Shown here piece after piece: positions 52,096 through 64,000 of a stretch of 64,000 nt of DNA. The stretch lies in NCBI GenBank assembly GCA_002633005.1, contig NMRA01000563.1, positions 124,001 to 188,000 of the forward strand. Reading direction: 5' to 3'. The notes below the pieces were generated by a model. The model searched no databases and was not told the origin of the DNA. It saw nothing but the letters and a program-made list of their open reading frames with translations. The position numbers and the translations under genes are program-made. The DNA comes from Phoronis australis (Eukaryota > Animalia > Phoronida). The stretch's first letter is position 1, and the number at the start of each line of letters is the position of its first letter.

Positions 52096-52549
52096 TCGCT
52101 GGTTCCCTGCGTTTGCTTGTCGAATTCTCAACAGGTAGCGCTTTACGTAAACAAACTGGCATGGCTGTGTGGTCTGTTGTAGTGAGAAATCGGTGCTTAA
52201 TTTATGTTCAAGAAATGTGAACGTGGAGAAAGTTGTGGTTGTTCCTTTTCGGAGTGCATTTTTACGTTGCTGTCCTGTATTCACACAGTGCGAATAATAC
52301 ACCGGTTAAATCGGACAGATGTGTGTGCATTTTGCTTCAAGAAAGCGGCTATTGAACATTACTGCAGAAACCTACTGTTTCGTCACTTGCATGTCACGAT
52401 TAAACATCGTTCACATTCTGCCATTTTCTCTCTTTGTTGTAAAGCTAACCAATGACTGCCGAGGTTACATCAACCAGTGACAAAACGCGTGCTACTGAAT
52501 AATACCTGCGTGTTATCTACCCCTTAGCGGACACGCAGGGAACCATCGA
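52096..52549 (+). mobile_element. MITE with ~17-bp TIRs
   Basis: TCGCTGGTTCCCTGCGT / ACGCAGGGAACCATCGA; relatives at 8735-9092 and 43831-43876. Confidence 0.75.
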
Positions 52550-52809
52550 GTACAGTCACACGAAACCGACTGCAGGAACGGCTACTGAACGCCCAAACTT
52601 TCCTATTGTCTACCTAAATGTCTTTCTTCAGATTGCAGTTGAAATAGTAGATCACTAGTGTAAGTGGCACCACAAACACAAATATATGAGTACCGTACGG
52701 TATATATAAAATAAAACATTTTATACCACAATATTAGCGTCAAATGGCAGATACAACCGTGTAATAACCCATAAAGTTATCTCACTAGTGAGATAACGAT
52801 TTGGCGGGA

Positions 52810-52882
52810 AACCGAGGACGGGGTCGAACCCGGGACCCTAATGTTGCTGGTCTCCGACTTTACCACTACACCACGGAGCGAC
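52810..52882 (-). mobile_element. tRNA-derived SINE head (not a functional tRNA)
   Basis: GCTCCGTGGTGTAGTGGTAAAG...GGGTTCGACCCCGTCCTCGG; A and B boxes present but no acceptor stem; resembles the head at 40937. Confidence 0.65.
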
Positions 52883-53427
52883 TGACGTCATCAAGAATGA
52901 AAATAGAATACTTAAATGAGCACGCGCAATAATCGCACGTTCAACAAACCGCATTGTACTGTACTTATACGCTACGAAAAATAAGACACATAATTTCCAT
53001 AAAAATGATATCTTAATTCAGTGAAATTTTTCTCTCATGTCCTATTACTTGTAAATCACCAATCTCCAGTTTGAATGCAGGTATCGTGTCGTCAGGATCT
53101 TTGACTTGAGAATTATATTCAGTTACCAGTGGTAACCTACTTTAGCAGACGATAATTTCCCGGTCGAAGCTTAGCGCGTAAAAAACGTGTTTTAAGCTAT
53201 AATAGTTGCTTAACCTTAATTTAGAGATTCACTTCATTTCTATTTTGTTTAAATTTCCAATTGGTTTTGAGTACATGTATAAGTATTATTTGACAAAAAT
53301 AGCTCGGCTTTTCTTGAAAGGTCACGACCTCCGACCCCGGGCCTCTGACATAGAAAGTAGTTACAAAGCCGAGGCGAGTAGAGAAAGGTAGATCGATTCA
53401 TTGCAATGTTTCTCGTTTAGTTAGTGG

Positions 53428-53601
53428 TATAAATAGATTATTACATGTTCTCAGTCGTTATCCCCCTTATCTAGAGCCCTCGTGGATTTTGTAGAATTAT
53501 CACCCTCGGGGCTAACGCCCCTCGGGCGATAATTCTCCAAAATCCACTCGGGCTCTAGATAACGGGGGATAACGACTTCGCCATGTAATAATCTATATAT
53601 A
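53428..53601. mobile_element. 174-bp near-perfect hairpin foldback element
   Basis: ATAGATTATTACATG...GTCGTTATCCCC..TTATCTAGAGCCC..GTGGATTTTG mirrored around GGGCTAACGCCC; TA-rich ends. Confidence 0.85.
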
Positions 53602-53928
53602 CAAAACATTTCATAATAAAACAGTTGCTGTACTTCGATTAGACTTCAGTCATCCAAGACAAATAAATTTAAAATCATAAACGCTATCTTGTATGATACA
53701 TGAAACTAGAACAATGCCATTAAACACGAATATAAGGTTGCATATACAAGAGCGCAATTACAGAAGGAATTGTCATGGGAATTAATGTACTATAAAACGT
53801 TGTAAAATTTAATAAAATACATAGGTATTACAACATATGGACATTATAATGTCAACAAACTTTCGTATTGTATACATAAATGTCATATGTGTACGTATAT
53901 CAATAACGTCGTGCAGAAACTTGGCACG

Positions 53929-54257
53929 TATGAAGCGCCAAAGGGTTCTTAAACGAGTACATTTCTACGCGTTAGAATGTGCTTTATCTCTGTGTACTTT
54001 TGCTTAATCTACCCATGCTTTTAATCAGTTTATGTCGTCCAATCAGGCACGTGCTCTCAAATTAACTCATTAAGAGCCAAACGATGATGGTTTAAGAACT
54101 ACAAGTACGCGTAGATTAAGCAAAGGCACACATAAATTAAGCAAAAGTACACGTAGATTAAGCAAACTTACGCGTAGATTAAGCAAAACTACGCATTGAT
54201 TAAGCACATTTCAACGCGCAAAAAGTTACTCGTTTAAGAACCCTTTGGGGCTTCATA
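53929..54257. mobile_element. Foldback MITE with internal ~21-bp repeats
   Basis: TIRs TATGAAGCGCCAAAGGGTTCTTAAACGAGTA / TACTCGTTTAAGAACCCTTTGGGGCTTCATA; GTAGATTAAGCAAAAGTACAC units; GGCACG/GACACG flanks. Confidence 0.85.
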
Positions 54258-57200
54258 GACACGTACATGCACAGCGCTAGACATCATTTTAGCTTTACAT
54301 CCAGGTTCACCTATGCATTCCAACCAGAATACGTCGGACATTTTGATAGCCTACTAAGAAGTAACTCTCGAACTGAAGTTCGCACGAGCGCAGATAACGT
54401 TGCTAATACCTCCGAGTAGCCTCGTTAGTCTACGTTCCGTCATTCAGCGTACAGTTGGCTTCGTGTAAACTGAAAATACAGTCAAGTTCCTGATAGCATT
54501 GACTTCCTTACTTGGAAAGTTGACTAACCTGATAGGTGTCGTTACTTTCGCATTTAAAAAAGGCTGTAGAGAATATGTAAAAACCGCTTGTTTGTTATTT
54601 TGTTATTATTCTGAAAATAATGGATTATTCCAAGTATCCTGTAAGCAGTATAATGATAACGTTTGCATCAGTGTTGCGCATATGCTACGAACTAATGCCA
54701 GCGCAGTATACGAGTGAGCTTATAGATGTGTTTGTCTTTAATTGACCTATCGCCAGGATTTTGAGTGGCGGCTTAACTGACCATTTAGAACGCAGCATTA
54801 TTGACACACCTTCGTTTCCAAGCCGCCATTTTACCTGACAAACAACACGTTGCTGGGTAAAACTTATTGCTTGTTAGTCGACATTACGCAAGGGGGGCGG
54901 AGCTTGCGATAGGCTAATTAAAAGTAAAATACAACTATTGTGTGGGAAGACCTATCTGTGCCCTTGTTGGTAGGGCCAAACTTAGCTGTTAAATTACTCG
55001 ATAGCATTTTGTGGCCAGAATAGATCGGAGCCGCATAGTCTCTGCAGGGAACATGTTTAACTACCGAAGGGACACTAAAGGTTAATAAGAAAATACCCGA
55101 AGTCAGTGTTCTGGATGCCATGCATTCATCTTCTTAGCCAAATTTCAAAGGAGTCGAAGACAATTTTGTCTGTCAGAGTGTAGTCCAAAATGGGAGCCCG
55201 GAGCTCACCGCGTTGCATTTTCTTCAAAAAACGCCGGGACCTTTAAATGGGGGGGGGGGCTTGTAGCCGCTCGTTTAGTAGTCGATGGCGGCTGCTCACA
55301 ACGCATCATATGTACTTTCATCACGTTCTAACGCAGACATCCGTAGATATTAAAAGAATTTAGTTTTAATCTGCGTATTTGTACAGCGTCGATGAAATGG
55401 TTCTTAATTGGAAACTGCCAGTCAAAGAGCTCTTCGCGTGGGGTTCATATATCCGCAGTTTGCCGGATACTAAAAGATCGGTTCTGTATGAATACCATTC
55501 AACATGTTCGTCAGTCATGAACGGAACAGACATCGACATGTCGCGGTTGTTGCTGCAGCCAGCTGAAGAACGCCCACGATGGTTAGCATTTACAATACTT
55601 CGTAATCAACACTAGCGTGTATCATCTTAACTTATCACCACATAGTTATCACAAACGGGTATACTAAAAAATTATAAGATTATCTTGCAATATCGGGAAT
55701 CAAAAGCATTGCCAAGGGAACACTCGTGTTTTTGATAACCAAGGATTTATTTGTGATACTTCCCCTACTCGTAAATTCGATAACCGACTCTTCGACGGGT
55801 TTTATTAGTGTTTCATCAGCAGTTGTCGAAGTGATTCGTCACTCGCCTACGGCAACCCTTGAGTTCTACTGTGAGAAGAAATGCAATACGAAATTCAAAA
55901 TATAGAAATACACCTCATCCTTGGAACATGTATTTGTGAGAGAATGTTGATTTTCAATCATATGTTATGCAACTGCAATCAGTAACTAAAGTCGCGGTCT
56001 CGCCACCATGGTGACTATAGTGTGCAGGTCTCGAATGCGCGTCTGTGGTCCAGTATGGAATTCCAAGCCAGATGTTAACGTGTACATGTTTTACACATTA
56101 ACGCGTTCAGGCTTGTCTCATTAGCGCGTTAATCTAAGATAAATGTTCGCGTCACTATGTTACGCGATCAAGGCTGGTAGGTCACGGAGTCCAAGAACGG
56201 GTTTATTACTTAGACATGATGTACACATCCGTGCTTAAATACGGCAAGTTGATCCTTTTATTCATGCTTAAATATTATTCAAAGACTGTCAGAAGCAGTG
56301 GAATCCGTAACTGTTGCCGTCTTGCTGACATATTGTCGTGAGAAAGTTGGCATCAATAATTCAATGAGAAATGCCCCCTAGAGAAGAATTCTGGGACTGG
56401 CCTATTAACGATGTGGTGAGCGGACAGTTTCATGACTGCTTTCAACATGTTTGACATTTCCTTTTTGAACCAGTCATGAAAAGCTGATGTCCTGATAAAT
56501 ATTGAACTAATAGAAGACTCAGAAGTCATAGCCATTTTCAGTAGATTTGGCCGATTTTGAATTTAATGACTGCTTTGTGCCTCTACTGCTGATGTATAGA
56601 TATAACAACGAATAACGGCGTGCACAACTCATTCAACCTGTTTGTCGAAGGTTAGAACCGGTGTATTGCAAATTACCACAGCTATAAGGACAGGCCCCTT
56701 TGTTGGCAAACTTTCGAAATGACGGTCTTGGTCTTTAGTCCTGGAAAAGCATGTAATCTGTATTTCAGGGTGTTAGGGCTATAGGCTTATCACTTTTTGG
56801 CTGAGGTGGATCTACGATTTCAGCGACATGGGTTATTGCACTAGACACGCCGGTAAGTGTTGGTCGTGCCTCCGAGGGGAGTTCAAACCCTCTGAACCAC
56901 TATAGTAGATCCTCCACTGATTGATAACTGAGTTAAGCAGTGCTGATCACTCAACTTTTGGTTCGGGTGGTGAGTAGTTTACGCAGCTATGACGCGCTCC
57001 CCCATTCAAAATTCACAGCATTCTTTGGGGGTATTTAGATCACTCCCACAATCGCTGGTGTAGAGAAGTCAAGTCGCCCCATTGAGTTACTCAGGCAGCT
57101 TACACAATAGTTGTTGGGATATGTCAACTAAAGAAACAGCAATGGGCATTATTTCTCTTGCCTTCAGTTGTAGTTAACCGAGTTTTGCCTTTCAAACAAT

Positions 57201-58009
57201 GAAATAGTTCAATTTTCAGTGACTCAGTGATTTAAGTTTTATGGACCACAGTGTCTAAAATGGGCGGGAAACGTTGCCACGGACTGCAGGGAGCGCTTAG
57301 TGATGACCGCTGCCTGTTCGTGGTAGCGGTTATCACTGACACCCGTCTTTGTTCTCCAATCACATAGCGTGTAATGACCTTATGTTGTTTACATGCTGCA
57401 ACAATCTTCGCTAAGGTGCGTTATATGTTCGTAACTGCATTTGAATGCCATGCTGAGACCGCTTGCTGAATAATTCAGCGAACGATTTCCATGTCCTGAC
57501 TGGTTTAGACACAGGCACTCGCTTTTAACATCAATGCAAATACGGCCAAAGCAGACAACCTCAAACTCGCCCCTAATTTTAAGTAAACCCTAATCCTAAA
57601 CGTATTCCCTTTCCCTCCGTCGGTGTGTTGTCGCAATCGGCGTAACAGGGACTAGAGAGCGTCCGTATATGTTAAGATTTGCGCGTAATCTGCTACTTAG
57701 TGTAACATGCATTCAGATCCAACACTGCGTATCAGGGAGCCCAGGCATTCGAACACCACGGTATTATCGTAGTATGAGAGTCACATGACTCATTGGGAAT
57801 ACCTCGTGTAGTTTCCTGACCTCAAATTTCTCCTCGGAGGTGAACTTTTTCTGCGCATGTACCGACTTCTGTCATGTGGCAAGTTATGGGACTTTCAATC
57901 TGGAGAATGATTGTCCGTATGGACTGAACTTTTCACTTGCTCATAGATCGTTCAACTCGGAGCTCAACATACAGTGGTATCTGGCTGTATTTTGACGATA
58001 GTCTTCATA

Positions 58010-59645
58010 CAGCTAGCTGGCTGGCTAGCCAATTCTCGAACGAGTCTTCAGTCTGCATAAAGTTTTCTTGCCAAAGTCATGTTAGAAGCTAATAACACAT
58101 ATCCGAATCACCCAAAACTATCGCTGACCACTGTTTGGGGGATTGTCAAGCCCAAAATTGCAAATTAACGAAGTTATTAAGGTTTAAGTTGGAGAATTAT
58201 TCTCTCATCATGTGATAACGAGGTAATTAAGTAGGTCATTTAAGTAAGTTAAGTAAGCTTACTCTCATTGGTTAATGTCTGGCTAATATGGTTTACACTA
58301 GCCAATGAGAAGTAGGATCACATACAGAGACCAACTTCATGTATGGCTGCTTCCAGGGAAGCTACGTGTGATTGATGTGATTATTTGTTTAAATTGATAA
58401 TAAACTGATAATCTTAGTTCCATACGAATTCTGTTAAAATGTCTAAGCCTTTGGCATAACTCAATATTGCAGTGTTAAATACAGAACATTGTCTATATTT
58501 ATTCAAAATTCTCAACTTTGACTAAGCCCCAGGCTAATTAAGACAGTTTCTCTTTCGATTCCAACGATTCAGTAGGATTCGCATTGACATTTGTTAGCAA
58601 ACTTCTGCTTTCCACTCATTCACAAGTTTTTATTTAGTCTCATGACTCTTGTGAACCTCACATAATCACAGAAGCTGGAATCGGCTAAGAAAACAATAAA
58701 AATTTCCTGAAATCTTAAGGAAACGTTTACACTCTGTAGCAGTGCGGAAGAAAGAAAATGAAGACTTAAACCAACCGCAAAATTTCCCCGTGCACGCAAT
58801 ATAATGTATTTTCTGGGAATACTGAAAAATGCAACGATCCGGAATGCCTGTATTTGATTTCAAGGCCGTGGCATTTCTTTGAATATCATGCTAGTCGATA
58901 TTTTTATTGTTACAACTAATAATAAAGTATCATTGACTTACTAAAACCAGAAAATATTGGATAAAATAATAAAACAAAACAGCACATGTTGCAAAGGTTG
59001 CATTAGATTGCATAGGTCGAAATGATGTGTTTTCTCAGGAAATTTAAAAATGGATGGCTTTTTATCTGAACGTAAGCCTTATTGGTGGGATTTATGCTAC
59101 TCACTGACAAGTTCGAAGTTCTTGAATGTTTATCAGAAGTCAAATCAGCAGAACTATACATTGGGTCTAATTTTTTTACAACATTATCCATTTCAATCTA
59201 GTAGGGTGAGAATTTGTGACCAAGGAATTTTATTTACATTAGAGGCATGTGTAACCATCTATTTGCCTGAAAGGGGAGTTATTCTTAAGGAGAGAACAAT
59301 TACCCGAAAAACAAAATACTAAAATCGAAAGACAATTGTATTGTTTATCATTAATTCATAATTCTTATATGAAGTAGCTAAACACATTTGAGAACAATAG
59401 AACAGAGGTTTGAAAGTAGCAATAGAATATACGAATGTTTTGGGAACATGGAAAAAAGTCTTTTTATGTCAAATTATGTCAAACCTTTTTTTAACTATTA
59501 TCGTAAGGCAAACTTAAAGAGAATAATCCCGACTTTAATAATTTCGTTCATTTACAATTTTGAGCTTGGCAACCCCCAAACATTGATAAGTGGTAGTTTT
59601 GGGTGATTTTGATATGTGTTGCTTGCTTCTAACATGACTTTGCCA
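58010..59645 (+). mobile_element. Unclassified element, copy 2 (inverted relative to 48080-50660)
   Basis: Inverted units at 58068-58150 and 59563-59645; YTLGL.FLQ...FQSS...ICD.GILFTLEA shared with ORF 49478-49675. Confidence 0.65.
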
Positions 59646-61996
59646 CCATTGCACAACTGACGAAGAGGTAAAACAGTCATCACACCATTAGACAAAATAA
59701 AGATTTGTGAGTGGCCACTGCGTGGTGACCTTGTGCAGTGCAGAGGTCCCGCGGTAAGTTACCCACGTTTGTCCCACACGTTTAGCTGTTAGCCTAATTC
59801 ACACCATCAGATACTAGTAAAAAGGGGAAATATTAGCGACACTTATTTTGGGAAGGTGGGTTTATTGGACTTACTTATCCGAGTGGATTCTCAGCTGATC
59901 GTGACGTTTCCCACGTGATCTTGTATCCCGCAAATCGTTGACCTGCGTAGTGAAAGTCCCGAAGTCATCGAAAAACCAGCTTTCTGTTACCGCTTTCCGA
60001 TCGTTTATGGGCCAAGATGGAGGACGACGGTGTTTACATCTCCTCGTGCCCTGATTGCTTGGAATTAAAAGTATAATTAACGTTTCGTAACTATCAATTC
60101 TAGAAAGTAAATGGAATTCAACAGCCTAAATCCCTCAGTACAATCAATTTTATAAAGTTTAAGTCCTTGAAAAGAGTCCCCTGTGCCTTCTAGTGGTTTG
60201 AATTGCCATATGATGACAGATTCGTCCTGTTGGTGATTTGCTGCCGATCCCAAGTGCAAGACACAACTATAAAACTGGTAAGTTACCTGACTTTTTATAA
60301 TATCTTTTCTCAAACTTTAGTCGCTTCATTCATGATGTCATGATAGTTAACGTTGTTTTAGTGTTCCAATCAGCTGTGTATTAAACCAGTGGGACTGAAT
60401 AGTGGAATCCGTCACCTATAGCCGGGAGGGGTTGCACTCGGCCGTTTTCATTGTACGTGGTATATGTCTTGCACATTTGCATTACTTATAATTTTTGTTA
60501 AAAATACTTGTGATGATAATTCAAGTTGAAAATTTAATAGTCTTCAACCTAAGTTTTATCAAAACGCCCTAAAACAACAGAATGACCGAGTCAACAGCCG
60601 CCGGGATCAAGCTTTAGTTAGGTCATGTTAGAATTCGGATTTCAAAGTGGAATAAACTATTGGCGTAGTACAGTTTGCTTTTGTGGGGAAAATAATGTAA
60701 GAATGACCCCCGGTTGATATAAATTTCGCCCCCGTCCCTCTGTCACCACCCATTTACACCCCTTGGTGGTTTTACACCCATTCCACCTCCGATCGTCACC
60801 CGTTTTACCCTCTCCTCTGCCCGCACTCTCACTTCGTGAACACCATATTTATCGCCCCCCGACAACAGTTTTACCTGCACTCTACTCTTTGTTCACAATA
60901 GTTGGGGATCATGATGCTGGTGCCCCGCTGCCCCACCTCCCCCACTTCCTACTCTTATATAGAATAGTAATGGATTATCCGCAACAATGTATGTCTGCTA
61001 TGCATTGCAAGTGACACTGGCCAGTTCTGAGAGTTTAAAAACAGTCTGTGTTCAAGTAGTAATTTTACAACCTATTTCGTTTTTACAGATGCAAGTAGAC
61101 AAAACTGTTGCCTTGGCTTCAAAAGAAACCGGATGTCACAGAGAGAGCTTCTGCTGGTGAAAGAGATCAAGCAGTCCCAATAATTAACTATGACAGGGAC
61201 ATTGGTGCTGTGTAAGGAGACCTCGTTCGTGTTTGGTGATTGAAACAAAATTGTTGGAACCGCGACTATTATGGAGGCCACTATCCTTCAAAAAATCTAT
61301 TGTGTTCGTATTATTGTATCCTGGCAGTCTATATGGGCTCTTGTTGACTCACGAAAGAATTGAAAACAATGCCACAGATAAATAATTCATATGCATCAGA
61401 AAAACGACACTTTTCAGAAACAAACGAATATAGGGGTGCTTGCTCATGAGTACATGGCAGTGCTTAGAGTGGTGATGAACAATTACACCATGTTTCGCGT
61501 TTGACAAATTTCACTGTTCGATTTTTAAATAGGGTGATGAAAAAAGGTCCTCATCGTGACGTTTGTTCCCAACTTTCGAATGAGCACCACTGCTGAATGT
61601 TCACTTTGCATCAATTGCTTCTCAGGGATACAGTCATGCTGTTGCTTAAAAAAGACGAACACAGATATGGTCAAAATACACGTTTATTGGTGTTATATAT
61701 TGGTATGTTCAACTAATGTGCTTTTCACCGGAACTGCATTTACTTTACGAGGCACAAGTATTTAGAATTATGTATCACACAAGTTGTGCGAAACCAATTT
61801 ACAAAATGCCGGTAGTTACTTCCTATCAATCAAATGTGCATAATTACATTTCACACAAGAAAGAACACCACTACTCAGTGTACTTATGCATTTCTACCGA
61901 AGTTTTTCTTGATAGAATGCGAGCCATGTTAATTGAAATTTTGTGTCTCTGAATTGTTCATCGGCGAGCTTATTGATCCTGAATCATGAACCTTAA

Positions 61997-62724
61997 AGAG
62001 ACCTGGAACGCGAAAAACAGACTAAATTGCATTATTCAAAGTCGTTCTCTGCCACTGAAACAGAATTCATCCTCCTCACCAGGTTTGTTTGCTCACATAA
62101 TTTGAATTTCTCTTGATGTGCAAGCATTTTTCTTTTAGTTTCAAATTTCAGAAAAACGCTCTCTTTCAACTGCTCGTCACTTTGCCGATTTTCCAACAAG
62201 GCAAATTCCGTCTCCTTATTTGTTATGGCAAGGCCTAGACGCAGTACATTTCACTTATACGGAAAATGTGACCTTTGATGTAAACAAAACAATGACGTCT
62301 TCAAGCAGCAGGTCCGCTTAAGAGGCAATTGTTGTGAGTCAAAACTGTTTAAATTTAGTTATAAAGGTGTAGCATTGTTCAAACATATTCTAAATGGAAA
62401 ATTGCTTGCTGCACTGGCTTGCCTCATACTGTGCTGCCAACCTCAGATTCGGAGTGAAATCACACATGATAATCTATCCACCTTACCAGTCAACTGTTTG
62501 TCGAATGACTGTAAGCGCATGCGCGCATTTGTCATAAGTGGGAGGGAGATTAGAAACTCTGTAGTAACCACAGAGTTTTTCTTTCGCGTGTATTTCAAAA
62601 ATCGTATTTTTTGATTTTTCCCCCTCATGTAAAAGTAAATAACTCTGCAGTAGACGTTGACAGAAGGTACTTTCGTCAGGAATTGTTAAAAAATATTTTG
62701 ACGAGCTTCGCGTTCCATGCCTCT
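61997..62724. mobile_element. TTAA-targeting Kolobok-like non-autonomous element (different family)
   Basis: TTAA-AGAGACCTGGAACGCGAA...TTCGCGTTCCATGCCTCT-TTCA. Confidence 0.7.
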
Positions 62725-64000
62725 TTCAGGTTATGTAGGACCCCATAAAAATGGCTGACTTGGGAACATCATATCTTAGAGATGGATGATCGGATTTATA
62801 TGAAACTTTCACATACTATGCTTTGTGTTCTGTCCTCAAGAATTTTATTAGCAATTGTTTTCAAAATGTTCCACTTTTGCATGAGGGGCCATCACAAATA
62901 GGACTTTCATGATTTTCATGAATAGTCCTTAAAGTTGCATAAAACGATAACGAATTGATATTTTAGAAAACTGTAACAGCGTTTTTGATATATCTCCTGG
63001 AACATTTATGTCAAATTTAATTTGATCACGTTGTTGATACTGTTGTTTTGTTTTGCATGTACATCTCTTTTATGATAAATTTTACTAAAAAGACATGGTC
63101 ACGTGACTCAATTAATGGCGGAAAATTAAATTCTCATAGACTTTGTACTTTCAGAAAATTGATTTTTACCAATAACTGTTCCAAGATTGGTTAAAAATTC
63201 TCCTTTTGTAAAATTGAAGGTGGCTTAGGGGATTCGAAACAACTGACAGTTGGTTATTGCTTGAGACAAGGTACTACAACTTGACTTGTCACGGCGTGTC
63301 TACTTATAAGCGAGTCATTTCATGCGTAGAGCATGCTTTCAACGAATCATGAACTGCCAGTTCTTTACAAATCCAGAAATCATTTTTCATGTGAGTAAAA
63401 AACAATCTGAGATCAACTTTACAGCAGTAGTCTTAAGTGGTCAAAATCTTATTCGTTTCTTAGTCCAGAACAAGTTAAGAAGCTGAATAATTCAAACTCT
63501 TTGGACATGTAATTTATATGTGACAACTGGCTTGCTCAAATTGACAAATTGACCACTTGATGTCGTTGCCTGTTTGCAAACTAGTTTGTAATTTCATTGT
63601 CAGCAGATGTTGTTTTACAAAAATAATTGAAGTAATTTGCCCTTGACCAGTTATGTTGAATGCATCACGAATCTATCAAACTTATTGACCTTTCTTTGGC
63701 AGTGACCGAAGTAGCTTAGGGAATTCAGTTGTCACGTAAGCAATTTTCTTTGCAAAAATCAACGCGAAAAATTTAGTTGCACCAGTTACTGATTCATTGC
63801 TACTTTATTCTGGAGAACCCTGTCTGTGCGCTGTGAGCAGAAAAGGTTATCACGCGTCGTCATCGCAATATATAGAGGACGAATCCTGCGATAGAACTTC
63901 CAAGCAAGTCGTTAGCTTACGGGCTCGGAATCATGAGGACCCCGGGTCTAATCTTTTTAATTGAAATCGAACTCGAAATTAATTGTCATTTTCTGTCGTA

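Overview
AT-rich, intron-containing metazoan DNA, probably from a marine invertebrate (not provable from sequence alone). Two host genes point away from each other. On the minus strand are six coding exons (5102 to 55, continuing off the left edge) of a secreted M8/leishmanolysin-family metallopeptidase most like CIROP/LMLN2. On the plus strand is coding exon 1 (24891-25141) of an N-myristoylated globin X/neuroglobin-like globin, with a TATA/Inr promoter and the canonical B12.2 intron; no exon 2 was found in the remaining ~39 kb. The rest is mostly transposon-derived: a young 5'-truncated Hero-like RLE LINE, two copies of an internally deleted Tx1/L1-like LINE, an RTE fragment, a non-autonomous Helitron, a Helentron-type HINE, TTAA-targeting Kolobok-like elements, many MITEs/foldbacks, a five-level nested insertion and minisatellites. 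The most intriguing object is at 40800-41176: a tRNA-derived Pol III head joined to a minimal hammerhead-ribozyme motif and enclosed by ~99-bp inverted repeats (Penelope/retrozyme-like). All alignments and family calls were made by eye or from recalled motifs; no searches were run.
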